NCBI GenBank assembly: GCA_041736435.1
Contig: JBGSTS010000282.1
Span: 10,321 to 74,320 of the forward strand
Origin: Desulfobacterales bacterium
GTDB lineage: Bacteria > Desulfobacterota > Desulfobacteria > Desulfobacterales > SpSt-501
Length of the DNA: 64,000 nucleotides
Reading direction: 5' to 3'
Shown: piece by piece, positions 18,193 to 28,175 of the stretch
Numbering within the stretch: position 1 is the first letter of the stretch
Layout of the letters: every line of letters begins with the position of its first letter
Notes under the pieces: model-generated
What the model saw: the letters and a program-made list of their open reading frames with translations, nothing else
Told to the model about the DNA's origin: nothing
The model's database searches: none
Position numbers and translations under genes: made by a program

Positions 18193-18789
18193 GTGTCGCT
18201 GCGTGAACTCATTCAAATGGTGCTGGTATTGACGATCGTGACATCGGTCTGCGCCGGCGGGTTGGCCGCTGTCAAGCTGGTCACAAAGGAGCAGATCGAC
18301 TATCAGCAGATCAAGTTCATCAAGGAGCCGGCGCTGAAAAAGATCCTCACGGATTATGATAACGACCCCATATCCGACCGCCTTCAGATCGTGACGGGCA
18401 AGGATGCACGCGGGCGCGATGTAAAAACGACCTTCTTCCTGGCTAAAAAAGGCGGCGACGTGACGAGCCTGGCCTTTGAAGCGGGCGGCAGCGGCTACGG
18501 CGGACCGATCGGTGTGATGATCGCCATCGACCCGAAGGGTGGCATCGTACAAGCCGTTGCCGTCACCACCCAGTCGGAGACGCCGGGGCTGGGATCAAAA
18601 ATAGTGGATGACCCTGATTTCCCTTCCCAATTTTCAAAGAAACCGGTAAGTGCGAACTTCAACCTGGCCGCCGCCGGGGGGGAGATTCAGGCTATCTCCG
18701 GAGCCACGGTTTCCTCCAGCGGGGTGAGCACGGCCGTTAGCAGGGGGGTTGAACTGTATCAAAACGTCAAGTCTCAGCTTGGGTTATAG
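18193..18789 (+). CDS. rnfG: Rnf complex subunit G (FMN-binding)
   Basis: GTG start after AGGAGG. N-terminal TM helix. Flavinylation motif ISGATVSS is present. Confidence 0.9.
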   Translation: MSLRELIQMVLVLTIVTSVCAGGLAAVKLVTKEQIDYQQIKFIKEPALKKILTDYDNDPISDRLQIVTGKDARGRDVKTTFFLAKKGGDVTSLAFEAGGSGYGGPIGVMIAIDPKGGIVQAVAVTTQSETPGLGSKIVDDPDFPSQFSKKPVSANFNLAAAGGEIQAISGATVSSSGVSTAVSRGVELYQNVKSQLGL

Positions 18790-18807
18790 AAGAGGAGGCC
18801 CGGCACC

Positions 18808-19419
18808 ATGGCCGCTCGCATCGTAAACGAGTTTACCAAAGGCTTCTGGAAAGAGATCGCCCCGTTGCGCTTTGCATTAGGCATCTGCCCGTCCCTGGCC
18901 GTGTCCACGAAAGTGGAAAGCGCCCTGGGCATGGGCTTTGCCGTGGTCTTCGTGCTTTGCATGAGCAACGTCCTGATCTCCGCCGTACGCAACCTGGTTC
19001 CGGACAAGGTGCGCATCGCCGTGTTCATCAGCATCATCGCCACCGGCGTGGTCATCGTTGAATTGGTGATGCAGGCCTATTTTTATCCGCTGTTTCTCGT
19101 CCTGGGCATCTGGATCCCGCTGATCGTGGTGAATTGTATCGTTCTGGGCCGCGCGGAGGCCTTTGCTCGAAAGAATACGATACCGCTCTCGCTTTCCGAC
19201 GGCATGGGTATGGGGTTGGGGTTTACCCTCTCCCTGGTGGTAATCTCCAGCATCCGCGAGATCCTGGGCAGCGGGACCTGGCTCGGCATGCTGGTCATGC
19301 CCGAAGCCTATCCGGGGTTCGGGTTTTTGCTCCGGCCACCGGGGGCCTTTGTCATTTTCGGTTTGATTCTGGGAATTATGAACGTCATCTCGGCCCGGAT
19401 CGAAAAAAAGACGGCTTAA
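18808..19419 (+). CDS. rnfE: Rnf complex subunit E
   Basis: LGICPSLAVSTKVESALGMG and IPLIVVNCIVLGRAEAFA are typical of RnfE/NqrD. Confidence 0.9.
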   Translation: MAARIVNEFTKGFWKEIAPLRFALGICPSLAVSTKVESALGMGFAVVFVLCMSNVLISAVRNLVPDKVRIAVFISIIATGVVIVELVMQAYFYPLFLVLGIWIPLIVVNCIVLGRAEAFARKNTIPLSLSDGMGMGLGFTLSLVVISSIREILGSGTWLGMLVMPEAYPGFGFLLRPPGAFVIFGLILGIMNVISARIEKKTA

Positions 19420-19454
19420 TCACCCGATAGCTGCTGACATTCGAGGAAACCGCC

Positions 19455-20033
19455 ATGCAAGACTACCTGTTGATGATTGTGGCCGCGATGTTCATCAACA
19501 ACATCGTGCTGATCCGTTTCATGGGCAACTGCCCGGTGGTGGGCGTCACCAGTTCGTATGAAAGTGCGGTGGGCATGGGGGCTGCAGTAATTTTCGTGGC
19601 AACCATGGCCGGGACCACCTGCTGGATCATTCAAAAAACCATACTGGAAGTGTTGGGGATCGAATACCTGCAGACCTTGGTTTTTATTTTGGTCATAGCG
19701 GCCCTGGTTCAGTTTGTGGAAATCCTGATGCAAAAAGTGGCCCCACCCCTCTACCGGGCGCTGGGCATCTTCCTGCCACTGATCACCACCAATTGCATGG
19801 TTTTCGGTGTCTCTGTCCTGAACATCAAGGAAGAGCACAGCTTCATGCAAACCCTGATCTTTTCCTTGGCCTCTGCGGTCGGATTCGCCCTGGTGCTGCT
19901 CTTCATGGCCGGCTTGCGGGAGCGAATGGATGCCACCGGGCGCGTCCCCAGCCTGCTGCGGGGCGTACCCATCACCCTGATCACCGCCGGGATGATGGGG
20001 CTTAGTTTTGCCGGGCTTCTGGGCATGGCTTAA
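19455..20033 (+). CDS. rnfA: Rnf complex subunit A
   Basis: NNIVLIRFMGNCPVVGV and LPLITTNCMVFGV are typical of RnfA/NqrE. Confidence 0.9.
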   Translation: MQDYLLMIVAAMFINNIVLIRFMGNCPVVGVTSSYESAVGMGAAVIFVATMAGTTCWIIQKTILEVLGIEYLQTLVFILVIAALVQFVEILMQKVAPPLYRALGIFLPLITTNCMVFGVSVLNIKEEHSFMQTLIFSLASAVGFALVLLFMAGLRERMDATGRVPSLLRGVPITLITAGMMGLSFAGLLGMA

Positions 20034-20052
20034 AACCGCGAGGGCGCAAAAA

Positions 20053-20877
20053 ATGGAACCTGTCCTTACCGCAATTCTTACCGTGGGCGCCATCGGCATG
20101 CTGGCCGGCCTCATCCTGGGCGTGACGGCAAAGATTTTCTACGTCCATGTCGACCCGCGCATCGGACACGTGGCGGACATTCTGCCCGGCGCCAACTGCG
20201 GGGGATGCGGCTACGCCGGGTGCACGGACCTGGCCGCGGCCATCGTCCAGGGCAATGCCCCGGCCAATGCCTGCAAGGCCGCCAGCGACGAGCTGGCCCA
20301 GAAAATCGCCTCCATGCTGGGCATCTCCGTCGATCAGCAGGAGCGGCAGGTGGCCCAGATCTTCTGCCATGGCGATGCCGCCCATGCGCAGCGCAAATTC
20401 GTCTACTTGGGCATCCAGGACTGCCGGGCCGCCCAGTTGGTTTCCGGCGGCGACAAGGCCTGTACTTATGGCTGTCTCGGTCTGGGCACTTGCGTTCAGG
20501 GTTGTTTCTTCGGTGCCCTGCATATGGGCCCAAACGGTCTGCCCGTGGTGGACACGGAGTTGTGCACGGGCTGCGGGAGCTGCACCAAAATCTGCCCCCG
20601 GCATATCCCCAAGCTGATTCCGGTTTCTCAGAAGGCCGCCGCCTTTTGCTCCTCGCATGACGCGGGCAAGGTGGTCAAAGAGATCTGCGAGGTGGGCTGC
20701 ATCGGATGCGGGCTGTGTAAAAAGGTCTGCCCCGAAAATGCAGTTGAGATCGATAAATTTCTTTCCGTGGTGGATCCCGCAAAATGCACCGGTTGCGGGA
20801 AATGCTTTGAAAAATGCCCCACCGGCATTATCCAGTCGGTGGTGCTGACCCGGGACTTGAAAAAAAAGGCGGCGTAG
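20053..20877 (+). CDS. rnfB: Rnf complex subunit B (polyferredoxin)
   Basis: Start at ATG 20053 (MEPVLTAIL). TM helix, then the CGGCGYAGC cluster, then several CxxCxxCxxxCP ferredoxin motifs. Confidence 0.9.
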   Translation: MEPVLTAILTVGAIGMLAGLILGVTAKIFYVHVDPRIGHVADILPGANCGGCGYAGCTDLAAAIVQGNAPANACKAASDELAQKIASMLGISVDQQERQVAQIFCHGDAAHAQRKFVYLGIQDCRAAQLVSGGDKACTYGCLGLGTCVQGCFFGALHMGPNGLPVVDTELCTGCGSCTKICPRHIPKLIPVSQKAAAFCSSHDAGKVVKEICEVGCIGCGLCKKVCPENAVEIDKFLSVVDPAKCTGCGKCFEKCPTGIIQSVVLTRDLKKKAA

Positions 20878-20893
20878 TGGTTGCCGGCAACCC

Positions 20894-21403
20894 ATGAGCC
20901 AGGAGCGCAAAGAGGTAGGCGAAATAGTGGCCGTCACAGGCCGCACAGCTCAGGTGAAAATGACGCGCAGCTCGCAATGCTCCTCCTGTTCCTGCGCCGG
21001 GTTCTGCAACCCTTTCGGCACGGATTGGATGGTAGTCACTGCCGACAACGCACTGGGAGCGGCCGCCGGTCAGAAGGTGCGCATCACCTATCACGTGGAC
21101 GGGGAGGTGAAAGCCTCCTTCATTCTTTACATCGTCCCCGTGCTCGCCCTGTTGCTCGGTGCCATGATCGGGGCCGCCATCCGCCTTTTCGGCAACGAGG
21201 ATTTTTCGGCGGTTGTGGTAGGCCTGTCGTTCATGGCGGTTTCGTTTCTGCTGATTAGAACCTATGCTGCCTGGAAATACGGCCGGAAACGATCCTATCA
21301 CCCCATCATCACCGGCGTGCTGAGCGAACAGGAAAAAATGGGTTGGGGAGTCAACCGCCCCGCGCCGTCGAAAGAATCCTCGGCGCAAAGTGACACTTAC
21401 TAA
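20894..21403 (+). CDS. rseC: RseC/MucC-family (SoxR-reducing system) membrane protein
   Basis: N-terminal Cys cluster (CSSCSCAGFC) followed by two TM helices. Positioned after rnfB, as in many rnf/rsx loci. Confidence 0.7.
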   Translation: MSQERKEVGEIVAVTGRTAQVKMTRSSQCSSCSCAGFCNPFGTDWMVVTADNALGAAAGQKVRITYHVDGEVKASFILYIVPVLALLLGAMIGAAIRLFGNEDFSAVVVGLSFMAVSFLLIRTYAAWKYGRKRSYHPIITGVLSEQEKMGWGVNRPAPSKESSAQSDTY

Positions 21404-21545
21404 GCTTCTCGAAATAGTACTGACATAAAGTGGCTATTCGCCCCAATTCTATCAACGAGTATAAGGGGGAAAGGCATAAAAGAGGGTGTCCGTGTCAATA
21501 CAAATACGCAAACCTTAGTAAAATGATTTTAGGGAGGAAGAACCG

Positions 21546-21905
21546 ATGAACGACAATGTGCTGGTCATGCTGTCCTGCGGCACAGACGACCCCAACCGTG
21601 CGACCCGCGCCTTGTTTTTCGCCGTGGTGGCTCAGAAGAAAGGCAAAAAGGTGGTGGTTTTCCTTCTGGACGAGGGCGTTTACCTGGCCAAAAAAGGGCT
21701 CATCCAGCACTTGCGAGCTGCCACCGGGGACTCGGCCGACGACCACCTGGCCTTTTTGCAGGAGTGGGAGGTGCCGATCCTGGTGTGCACCCCGTGCGCC
21801 CTCACCCGGCAGATCACCGAGGCCGACCTGGTCAGAGGGGCCCGCATGGCCAAGGGCGAGGAGATGATCGATCTGGCCTGCAACAGCACCGTGCTGAGCT
21901 TTTAG
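21546..21905 (+). CDS. DsrE/DsrF-like sulfur-relay family protein
   Basis: 119 aa, starting MNDNVLVMLSCGTDDPNRATRALFFA, with VCTPCAL. The size and pattern fit DsrE-family proteins. Confidence 0.65.
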   Translation: MNDNVLVMLSCGTDDPNRATRALFFAVVAQKKGKKVVVFLLDEGVYLAKKGLIQHLRAATGDSADDHLAFLQEWEVPILVCTPCALTRQITEADLVRGARMAKGEEMIDLACNSTVLSF

Positions 21906-22048
21906 CCGGCTATGGACTCGGTCCGCCGCTTACGGTTCCCTCTCCCCCATGAATGCGGGCAGCGGGCACCAGCACGGTCCAGACCATCCCGAAAATATTT
22001 CCAAGAGCCCGGGCCGCGGGCAGACAGGCCGTTGCTGCCGGACGCTTC

Positions 22049-23428
22049 TCAGAGCGGATCAAAAACCGCCGTAAAGTGGCGCAGCAGCGGCGGCTCCAGG
22101 ACGATGCGCATCCCCTTAATTTTATCCCGCTGGGAAAACAGCGCTCCGATGCACTCGACCACATAGTCCATGTGGCTCTGGGTGTAGACTCGCCGCGGGA
22201 TGGCAAGCCGCACCAGCTCCATCGGCGCCGGTTGGAATTGCCCGGTCGCCGGGTCCGTTTTGCCGAACATGACGCTGCCGATCTCGCAAGCGCGGACCCC
22301 GCCCTCCAGGTACAGGGCGCAGGCGAGCGCCTGGCCGGGAAACTGATGCGGCGGGATATTGGGCAGAAACGCGGCCGCATCCAGGTAGACTGCATGCCCG
22401 CCGGCCGGTTTAAACACCGGCACCCCTATGGCGTCGAGTTTGTCCACCACGTAAGCCACCGAACGGATGCGGTACTTCAGGTACTCCTCGTCCAGGACCT
22501 CGTCGAGTCCCTGGGCAAAGGCCTCCAGGTCCCGGCCGGCCAGGCCGCCGTAAGTCGGGAACCCCTCGGTGACGATCAGGATGTTGCGGGCCTTTTGGGC
22601 CAGCTCGTCGTCATTCACGGCCAGAAACCCGCCGATGTTGACCAACCCGTCCTTCTTGCCGCTCATGGTGCAGCCGTCGGCATAGGAAAACATCTCCTGG
22701 GCCAGCTGCTTCACGGAACGGCCCTTGCATCCCGGCTCACGGGTCTTGATAAACCAGGCGTTTTCGGCGAAGCGGCAGGCATCGATGAAAAATGGTATCC
22801 GGTAGGAGCGGCACAGCTCCGACACCCGGCGGATGCAGCCCATGGAGACCGGCTGGCCGGCGCAGGAGTTGTTGGTGACCGTCATCATCACCAGGGGGAT
22901 CTGCTCCCGGCCCTTCTGCTTGAGCAAGCGTTCCAGTGCGGCGATGTTCATGTTGCCCTTGAAGTCCTGGACCAGAGAGGGGGTGAGCGCTTCTTTGACC
23001 GGCAGGTCCACGGCCTCGGCGCCGCTCACCTCGATGTTGGCCCGGGTGGTGTCGAAATGGCTGTTGCTGGGAATGGTCTTGCCCGCGCCGCCCATGATTT
23101 CGAAGAGAATCTTTTCGGCGGCCCGCCCCTGGTGGGTGGGGATGATGTGCTTGAACCCGGTCAGCTCTTTCACCACCCGCTCGAAGCGGTAGAAGCTGCG
23201 GGCGCCGGCGTAAGACTCGTCCCCGTCGATAATCCCGGCCCACTGGGTTGCGCTCATGGCGCAGGTGCCGCTGTCGGTCAGCAGGTCGATGAGCACATGC
23301 TCCGCCCGAACGCCGAAGAGATTGTAGCCCGCCTGTTTGAGAACGTCCTGGCGCTCCGCGCGTGTTGTCATCCGCAGAGGCTCAACGGTCTTGATTTTGA
23401 ACGGCTCGATGATGGTCTTGATCGTCAT
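22049..23428 (-). CDS. tnaA: tryptophanase-family beta-eliminating lyase (tryptophanase-like; tyrosine phenol-lyase not excluded)
   Basis: DLLTDSGT, IPTHQGRAAE, RFAENAWFIK, the PLP lysine in MSGKKDGLVNIGG, and EGFPTYGGL. From memory, RFAEN and FPTYGG resemble TnaA more than TPL. Confidence 0.85.
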   Translation of the reverse strand: MTIKTIIEPFKIKTVEPLRMTTRAERQDVLKQAGYNLFGVRAEHVLIDLLTDSGTCAMSATQWAGIIDGDESYAGARSFYRFERVVKELTGFKHIIPTHQGRAAEKILFEIMGGAGKTIPSNSHFDTTRANIEVSGAEAVDLPVKEALTPSLVQDFKGNMNIAALERLLKQKGREQIPLVMMTVTNNSCAGQPVSMGCIRRVSELCRSYRIPFFIDACRFAENAWFIKTREPGCKGRSVKQLAQEMFSYADGCTMSGKKDGLVNIGGFLAVNDDELAQKARNILIVTEGFPTYGGLAGRDLEAFAQGLDEVLDEEYLKYRIRSVAYVVDKLDAIGVPVFKPAGGHAVYLDAAAFLPNIPPHQFPGQALACALYLEGGVRACEIGSVMFGKTDPATGQFQPAPMELVRLAIPRRVYTQSHMDYVVECIGALFSQRDKIKGMRIVLEPPLLRHFTAVFDPL

Positions 23429-23550
23429 GGGATATCCGCGTGTTGGGGAAGTTTGACTTTAATAGGTCGCACCTGTAGTCTGTCGGTCGGGTGCGCACGC
23501 TTCTGGAATTTCGAATGGTTCTCAGCCGCACAGCAAGTGGTGGCCGAACG

Positions 23551-24015
23551 ATGAACAAACAACACGAATTCGGTGACATTCTGAGCATCGTTCATGAAGT
23601 CACCGAAAAAATCCCCTTCAACCAGGTTCTGGGGCTCACGGTCGAGTCGCTGGACCTCGACCAGCCGACCGTGCGCCTGACCATGCAGGAACAGCTGATC
23701 GGGAATTTCATCCGCGGCTCGCTGCATGGAGGGGTCATATCGAGCACGTTGGACTTCATGGGCGGGCTGGTCGCCTTTCTGGGTGTGCTGAAGACCCTGC
23801 AGGGCCAGCCGCTGCAGGTAATGGCCGAACGGTTCGCCCGGATCGGCACCATCGACCTGCGGGTGGACTACCTCAGGCCGGGGATCGGCACGCATTTTAT
23901 CGCCACGGGCTATGTCCTGCGCACCGGGAAAAAGGTCTCCGTGACCCGCATGGAACTCCACAACGACGAGCGACAGCTGATCGCCGTGGGTACCGGGGCT
24001 TACACCGTGGCGTAG
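23551..24015 (+). CDS. hotdog-fold thioesterase (PaaI/YigI-like)
   Basis: GSLHGGVISSTLD core motif. Start chosen at ATG 23551 (MNKQHEF). Confidence 0.7.
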   Translation: MNKQHEFGDILSIVHEVTEKIPFNQVLGLTVESLDLDQPTVRLTMQEQLIGNFIRGSLHGGVISSTLDFMGGLVAFLGVLKTLQGQPLQVMAERFARIGTIDLRVDYLRPGIGTHFIATGYVLRTGKKVSVTRMELHNDERQLIAVGTGAYTVA

Positions 24016-24105
24016 ACCGGGGGAGCGCAGCCCGGGGATGCTTGCCGGGCCGCTGAGGTTTGGCGCGTCGGTCTGATGCTGAAAAATTCGAATGAAACGT
24101 TCGGG

Positions 24106-24591
24106 TTAACGGCCCTCCGGCAGATGGCACCCGTTGCAGGTGGTCGGTGGCAGCTTGGCAAGCTGGGCTTTGCCGCCCTTGCCTGCCCGGCGCAACTCCC
24201 ACGTTTTCGCCCGGACCTCCTTGTGACAGCCCAGCCAGCAGGTTTTGTGGAAGGCGGTTTTAAAGTACATATTGTCGTCCCAGGCATCGGATTTGCCGGA
24301 CTCGATGGTGGGCTCGGTTTCATCGTGGCAGCCGGAAACACTGCAGCCCATCGGCGGCTCGGAGCCGTCAAAGGTGTGGTGACAGTTGACGCAGGCGAAG
24401 TCGAAGTGCGAAAAATGCTTGAAAGAAACCGGAGCCCGTTTGGCCTCCACACCCTCGGGCGCCGAGAGCAGATAGGTCTCTTCTCCGAAGCAGGAATCGC
24501 CGTTTTGGGCCTGGCTCGAAAAACCGTGCATCACCCCCAGCAGGACGAATCCCGCCACCAGCACACTCAGCAAGACGACTCGGTTGCGCAT
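24106..24591 (-). CDS. periplasmic tetraheme cytochrome c3-type protein
   Basis: Four heme-binding sites are read directly: CVNCH, CSVSGCH (CX4CH), CWLGCH, CNGCH. A signal peptide is present. Start at ATG 24591, preceded by AAGGAG. Confidence 0.85.
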   Translation of the reverse strand: MRNRVVLLSVLVAGFVLLGVMHGFSSQAQNGDSCFGEETYLLSAPEGVEAKRAPVSFKHFSHFDFACVNCHHTFDGSEPPMGCSVSGCHDETEPTIESGKSDAWDDNMYFKTAFHKTCWLGCHKEVRAKTWELRRAGKGGKAQLAKLPPTTCNGCHLPEGR

Positions 24592-24687
24592 GGACCCCAC
24601 TCCTTTCACGTACAGTTACTTGATATCCGCGTTCGTATCCCCTTAACAGAAAATCACGGTGAAGAAAAGCCTCTCTGAGCGCCGCTC

Positions 24688-25836
24688 TCAGGGCAGCCGG
24701 TTTTCAGCGGCCGCCCGCAGGATTTCGACGATCAATCGAAGGTTGGGCTCCACGCTCTCCAGGATCAGGTATTCCTCCTCGCTGTGCGCACGCCCCCCCT
24801 GGGGACCCATGGCGTCGATGGTGGGGATCCCCATGGCCGCCGTGAAATTGCCGTCGGACCCGCCGCCGGTGCTGATCAGTTTCATCTCCAGACCCAGCGC
24901 TTCGCCGATGACGGCGATCCGCTTCCAGAGCCTCAGGGTTGCCGCGGTGGGAACCATGGGCATTCGGTTGATCTCACCCTGCACCTCCACGCGTACCCCG
25001 CTGGCGGGGCTGCCGGCGGCAATGGCGCGAAAGCTCTCAGAGATTCGCCGGGCCTCCGCCGCCGTAACGACGCGCACATCAAAGCCCGCCTTGGCGAAAT
25101 CCGGAATCACGTTTCCGGCCGTACCACCGCAAATGGTGGTCACGTTGACAGTGGTTCCTTCCTCGGGTCTGGCGAAACCGCTCACTGCCAGGACCTGATG
25201 CACCAGTTCTAAAATGGCGTTGGCGCCCTTGTCGGGCTCGACACCGGCATGGGCCGAGCGACCGTGGCAAATCACTTCGTAATCGGCCACGCCCTTGCGC
25301 TGCAGGACCCGATGGCCCGTCGCACGGCAGGGCTCAAAAACCAACACTCGTTTGCTTTTCGCCGCCAAGCCCTCGAACCATTGGCGCGAGCCGTTGGAAC
25401 CCACCTCCTCGTCGCTGTTGAAGGCCATGCAAAGCGAGAGCTTTCGGGCAACCCCGACCTGCTCGGCCGCTTCCGCCGCGTGCAGCATGGTCACCAGCCC
25501 GGCCTTCATGTCGCACACCCCGGGCCCAAAGGCGCGGCCGTCGCGGATGCGGAACGGCCGGCGCGCCGCCGTCCCACTATGGAAGACGGTGTCCATGTGG
25601 CCGAGAAAAAGGAAATCGAACCGTTCGGTCTCCGCGCGGTTCCGGCGGTTGGTCACCTCCAGGCAGGGAACGGCACCGGCGTCGAACTCGAGGCGGCGGG
25701 TCCGCCACCCCAGGCGATCGAAGCGTTCCTGAAAAAACGAGGCCACCATCGAGAGCCCCGGCTCATGGCCGCTGCCGCTGTCCACGTTGACGATAGCCTC
25801 GAGGTCCTTTAAAAATTGATCGTTGCCTGTTGCCAT
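24688..25836 (-). CDS. M20-family metallopeptidase (carboxypeptidase G2 / ArgE-DapE like)
   Basis: LGHMDTV, GPGVCDMKAG and NSDEEVGS are the M20 metal-ligand motifs. Confidence 0.85.
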   Translation of the reverse strand: MATGNDQFLKDLEAIVNVDSGSGHEPGLSMVASFFQERFDRLGWRTRRLEFDAGAVPCLEVTNRRNRAETERFDFLFLGHMDTVFHSGTAARRPFRIRDGRAFGPGVCDMKAGLVTMLHAAEAAEQVGVARKLSLCMAFNSDEEVGSNGSRQWFEGLAAKSKRVLVFEPCRATGHRVLQRKGVADYEVICHGRSAHAGVEPDKGANAILELVHQVLAVSGFARPEEGTTVNVTTICGGTAGNVIPDFAKAGFDVRVVTAAEARRISESFRAIAAGSPASGVRVEVQGEINRMPMVPTAATLRLWKRIAVIGEALGLEMKLISTGGGSDGNFTAAMGIPTIDAMGPQGGRAHSEEEYLILESVEPNLRLIVEILRAAAENRLP

Positions 25837-25860
25837 GTGTCTTCCTTCTCCGCTGGGCTC

Positions 25861-26868
25861 TCAGGCGGATGCCGCCGATGCCTGTTCCAGGAAACGCCCG
25901 CCGGCTCTCACCGGGCAGGCCGCGTAATGACCGCCGCCGACGTCTAAAAATTCGGGTTCGAATCGCTCGCAGTCGGAACGACGATACGTGCAGCGGGTAT
26001 GAAACCGGCACCCCGAGGGCGGGTTGATGGGGCTGGGGACGTCGCCCTGCAGAATGCGGCGCTTTTTCTCAAGCCGCGGGTTGGGGATGGGGATGGCCGA
26101 GAGCAGCGCCTCCGTGTAAGGATGCCTGGGGTGGCTGTATAGCGCCGCGCCCGGGGCCATCTCCACGATCTTGCCCAGATACATCACCGCCACCCGGTCG
26201 CTCATGTATTCCACCACACTCAGGTCGTGGGCGATGATGATATAGGATAGCTGGAATTCGCTCTTGAGGTCCTGGAGCAGATTGATGACCTGGGCCTGGA
26301 TGGAGACATCCAACGCCGAAACCGGTTCATCGGCGATGATCAGTTTGGGGTTGAGGGCCAGGGCGCGTGCGATGCCGATCCGCTGGCGCTGGCCGCCGCT
26401 GAATTCATGCGGATACCGGCGCAGGTGCTCGCTGTGGAGGCCGACCCGTTTCAGCAGTTCCACCGTCCGGTCTTCGATCTCGGCTCCGTCGGCCACGCCG
26501 TGGATCTTGAACGCCTCGCTCACGATCCCGCCCACCGTCAGGCGCGGGTTCAACGAGGCGAAGGGGTCCTGGAAGATCAGCTGCATGTCCCGGCGGACGG
26601 CCTTCATCCGGCGGCGGTCGAGGCGGCTGATATCCTGGCCGTTGAAACGAATCTCGCCACTCGTGGGTTTGATGAGTCGCAATATCAACCGACCGGTGGT
26701 CGATTTGCCGCACCCGCTCTCCCCCACCAACCCGATGGTCTCGCCCGCATCGAGGAAAAAGCTCACCCCATCCACCGCGTGCACATACCCGACGGCCCGC
26801 TGCAGAAAGCCGCCCTTGATCACAAAGTACTTCTTGAGCTGATGGACGTCGAGCAGTCGCTCTGTCAT
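25861..26868 (-). CDS. peptide/nickel-type ABC transporter ATP-binding protein (OppF/DppF-like)
   Basis: Walker [10 protein letters not shown], signature FSGGQRQR, and a C-terminal oligopeptide-transporter extension with Cys residues. Confidence 0.9.
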   Translation of the reverse strand: MTERLLDVHQLKKYFVIKGGFLQRAVGYVHAVDGVSFFLDAGETIGLVGESGCGKSTTGRLILRLIKPTSGEIRFNGQDISRLDRRRMKAVRRDMQLIFQDPFASLNPRLTVGGIVSEAFKIHGVADGAEIEDRTVELLKRVGLHSEHLRRYPHEFSGGQRQRIGIARALALNPKLIIADEPVSALDVSIQAQVINLLQDLKSEFQLSYIIIAHDLSVVEYMSDRVAVMYLGKIVEMAPGAALYSHPRHPYTEALLSAIPIPNPRLEKKRRILQGDVPSPINPPSGCRFHTRCTYRRSDCERFEPEFLDVGGGHYAACPVRAGGRFLEQASAASA

Positions 26869-26942
26869 GTCATTTCCTGCCTGAATCGAACGCTAAGCCC
26901 CGGTCCTGTCGCGTCGGGGCCAGACGATGCGCAGGGCCGCTT

Positions 26943-27929
26943 TCACGCGTGCAGCCAGCAACGCACCTGATGACCGTCGCCCACGGTCTTGAGTTCGGGC
27001 GCCTCGTGCGAACATCGTTTCATCACCTGCGGGCAGCGGGGGTGAAACGCACACCCGGGCGGGAGACGGGATGGGATGGGAACCACCCCCGTGATTTCTT
27101 TCAGCCGCTCTTTTTGCGTTTTGCGCTGATCGATCCGGGGGATCGACGCCAGCAGCCCGGCGGTGTAGGGGTGCAGCGGGCTTTCGAATATGGGAATAAC
27201 CCCCGCCTCTTCGACCACCTTGCCGGCATACATCACTACCACCCGGGCGGCGCTTTCCGCAATCACCCCCAGATCGTGGGTGATCAGAATGATCGCCGTG
27301 TTGAGCTCGGTTTTGAGGTCCCCCATCAGGTCCAGGATTTGGGCCTGAATGGTGACGTCGAGGGCGGTGGTCGGCTCATCGGCGATGAGCAGGCCAGGGT
27401 TGCAGGAGAGGGCCATGGCGATCATGGCCCTCTGGCGCATCCCGCCGGAGAGCTGATGCGGGTATTCGCGCACCCGGCGCTCCGGCGCGGGGATGCCCAC
27501 CCGCTTGAGCATTTCCAGAGCGCGCACGAGCGCATCCTGAGCGCAGAGATGCTGGTGCAGTTTGAGAGCCTCGGAGATCTGGTCGCCGATCGAATAAACG
27601 GGGTTCAGGGAGGTCATCGGCTCCTGAAAGATCATCGAGATGCGGTTGCCCCGGATCCTGCGCATTTCATCGGCGGAGAGCTCCAGCAGGTTCCGGCCTT
27701 CGAAGAGGATCCGGCCCGCAACGATCCGGCCGGGCGGGTCCGGGATCAACCGCATGATGGAGAGCGCCGTGACGCTCTTGCCGCAGCCGGACTCCCCCAC
27801 CACGCCCAGGGTCTCGCCCCGGCGCACATGGAAATCAACCCCGTCGACGGCCGGCGACACTCCGTCGTCCGAGAAAAAGTGCGTTTTCAGACCGTTGACG
27901 TCCAGCAGCAGGTCTTGGGTGTGGTCCAC
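26943..27929 (-). CDS. peptide/nickel-type ABC transporter ATP-binding protein (OppD/DppD-like)
   Basis: Walker [10 protein letters not shown], signature LSGGMRQR, Walker [10 protein letters not shown]. Confidence 0.9.
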   Translation of the reverse strand: MDHTQDLLLDVNGLKTHFFSDDGVSPAVDGVDFHVRRGETLGVVGESGCGKSVTALSIMRLIPDPPGRIVAGRILFEGRNLLELSADEMRRIRGNRISMIFQEPMTSLNPVYSIGDQISEALKLHQHLCAQDALVRALEMLKRVGIPAPERRVREYPHQLSGGMRQRAMIAMALSCNPGLLIADEPTTALDVTIQAQILDLMGDLKTELNTAIILITHDLGVIAESAARVVVMYAGKVVEEAGVIPIFESPLHPYTAGLLASIPRIDQRKTQKERLKEITGVVPIPSRLPPGCAFHPRCPQVMKRCSHEAPELKTVGDGHQVRCWLHA

Positions 27930-28175
27930 CAGAGCTCCCCTCTGGGCCTGCGAAGATCCGGGCCAATGCCGCGTACGACCATACGCGGACTATCGTTATT
28001 TGCTAAGCCTGTCAAGACGCCGCCCGGGGTGCCGATAGGCAGGCAGGGAGACGACCCTTGACTCAGTTGCGGAATTCTGCTTTGAACGGGTTGCTGCTCA
28101 CACCCGGAGGTGGTCTTCGTCCTTTCAGCTCCTGTTTAACCCCATACACGGCCCCAGCGGCCCAGGGAGGTGGTT

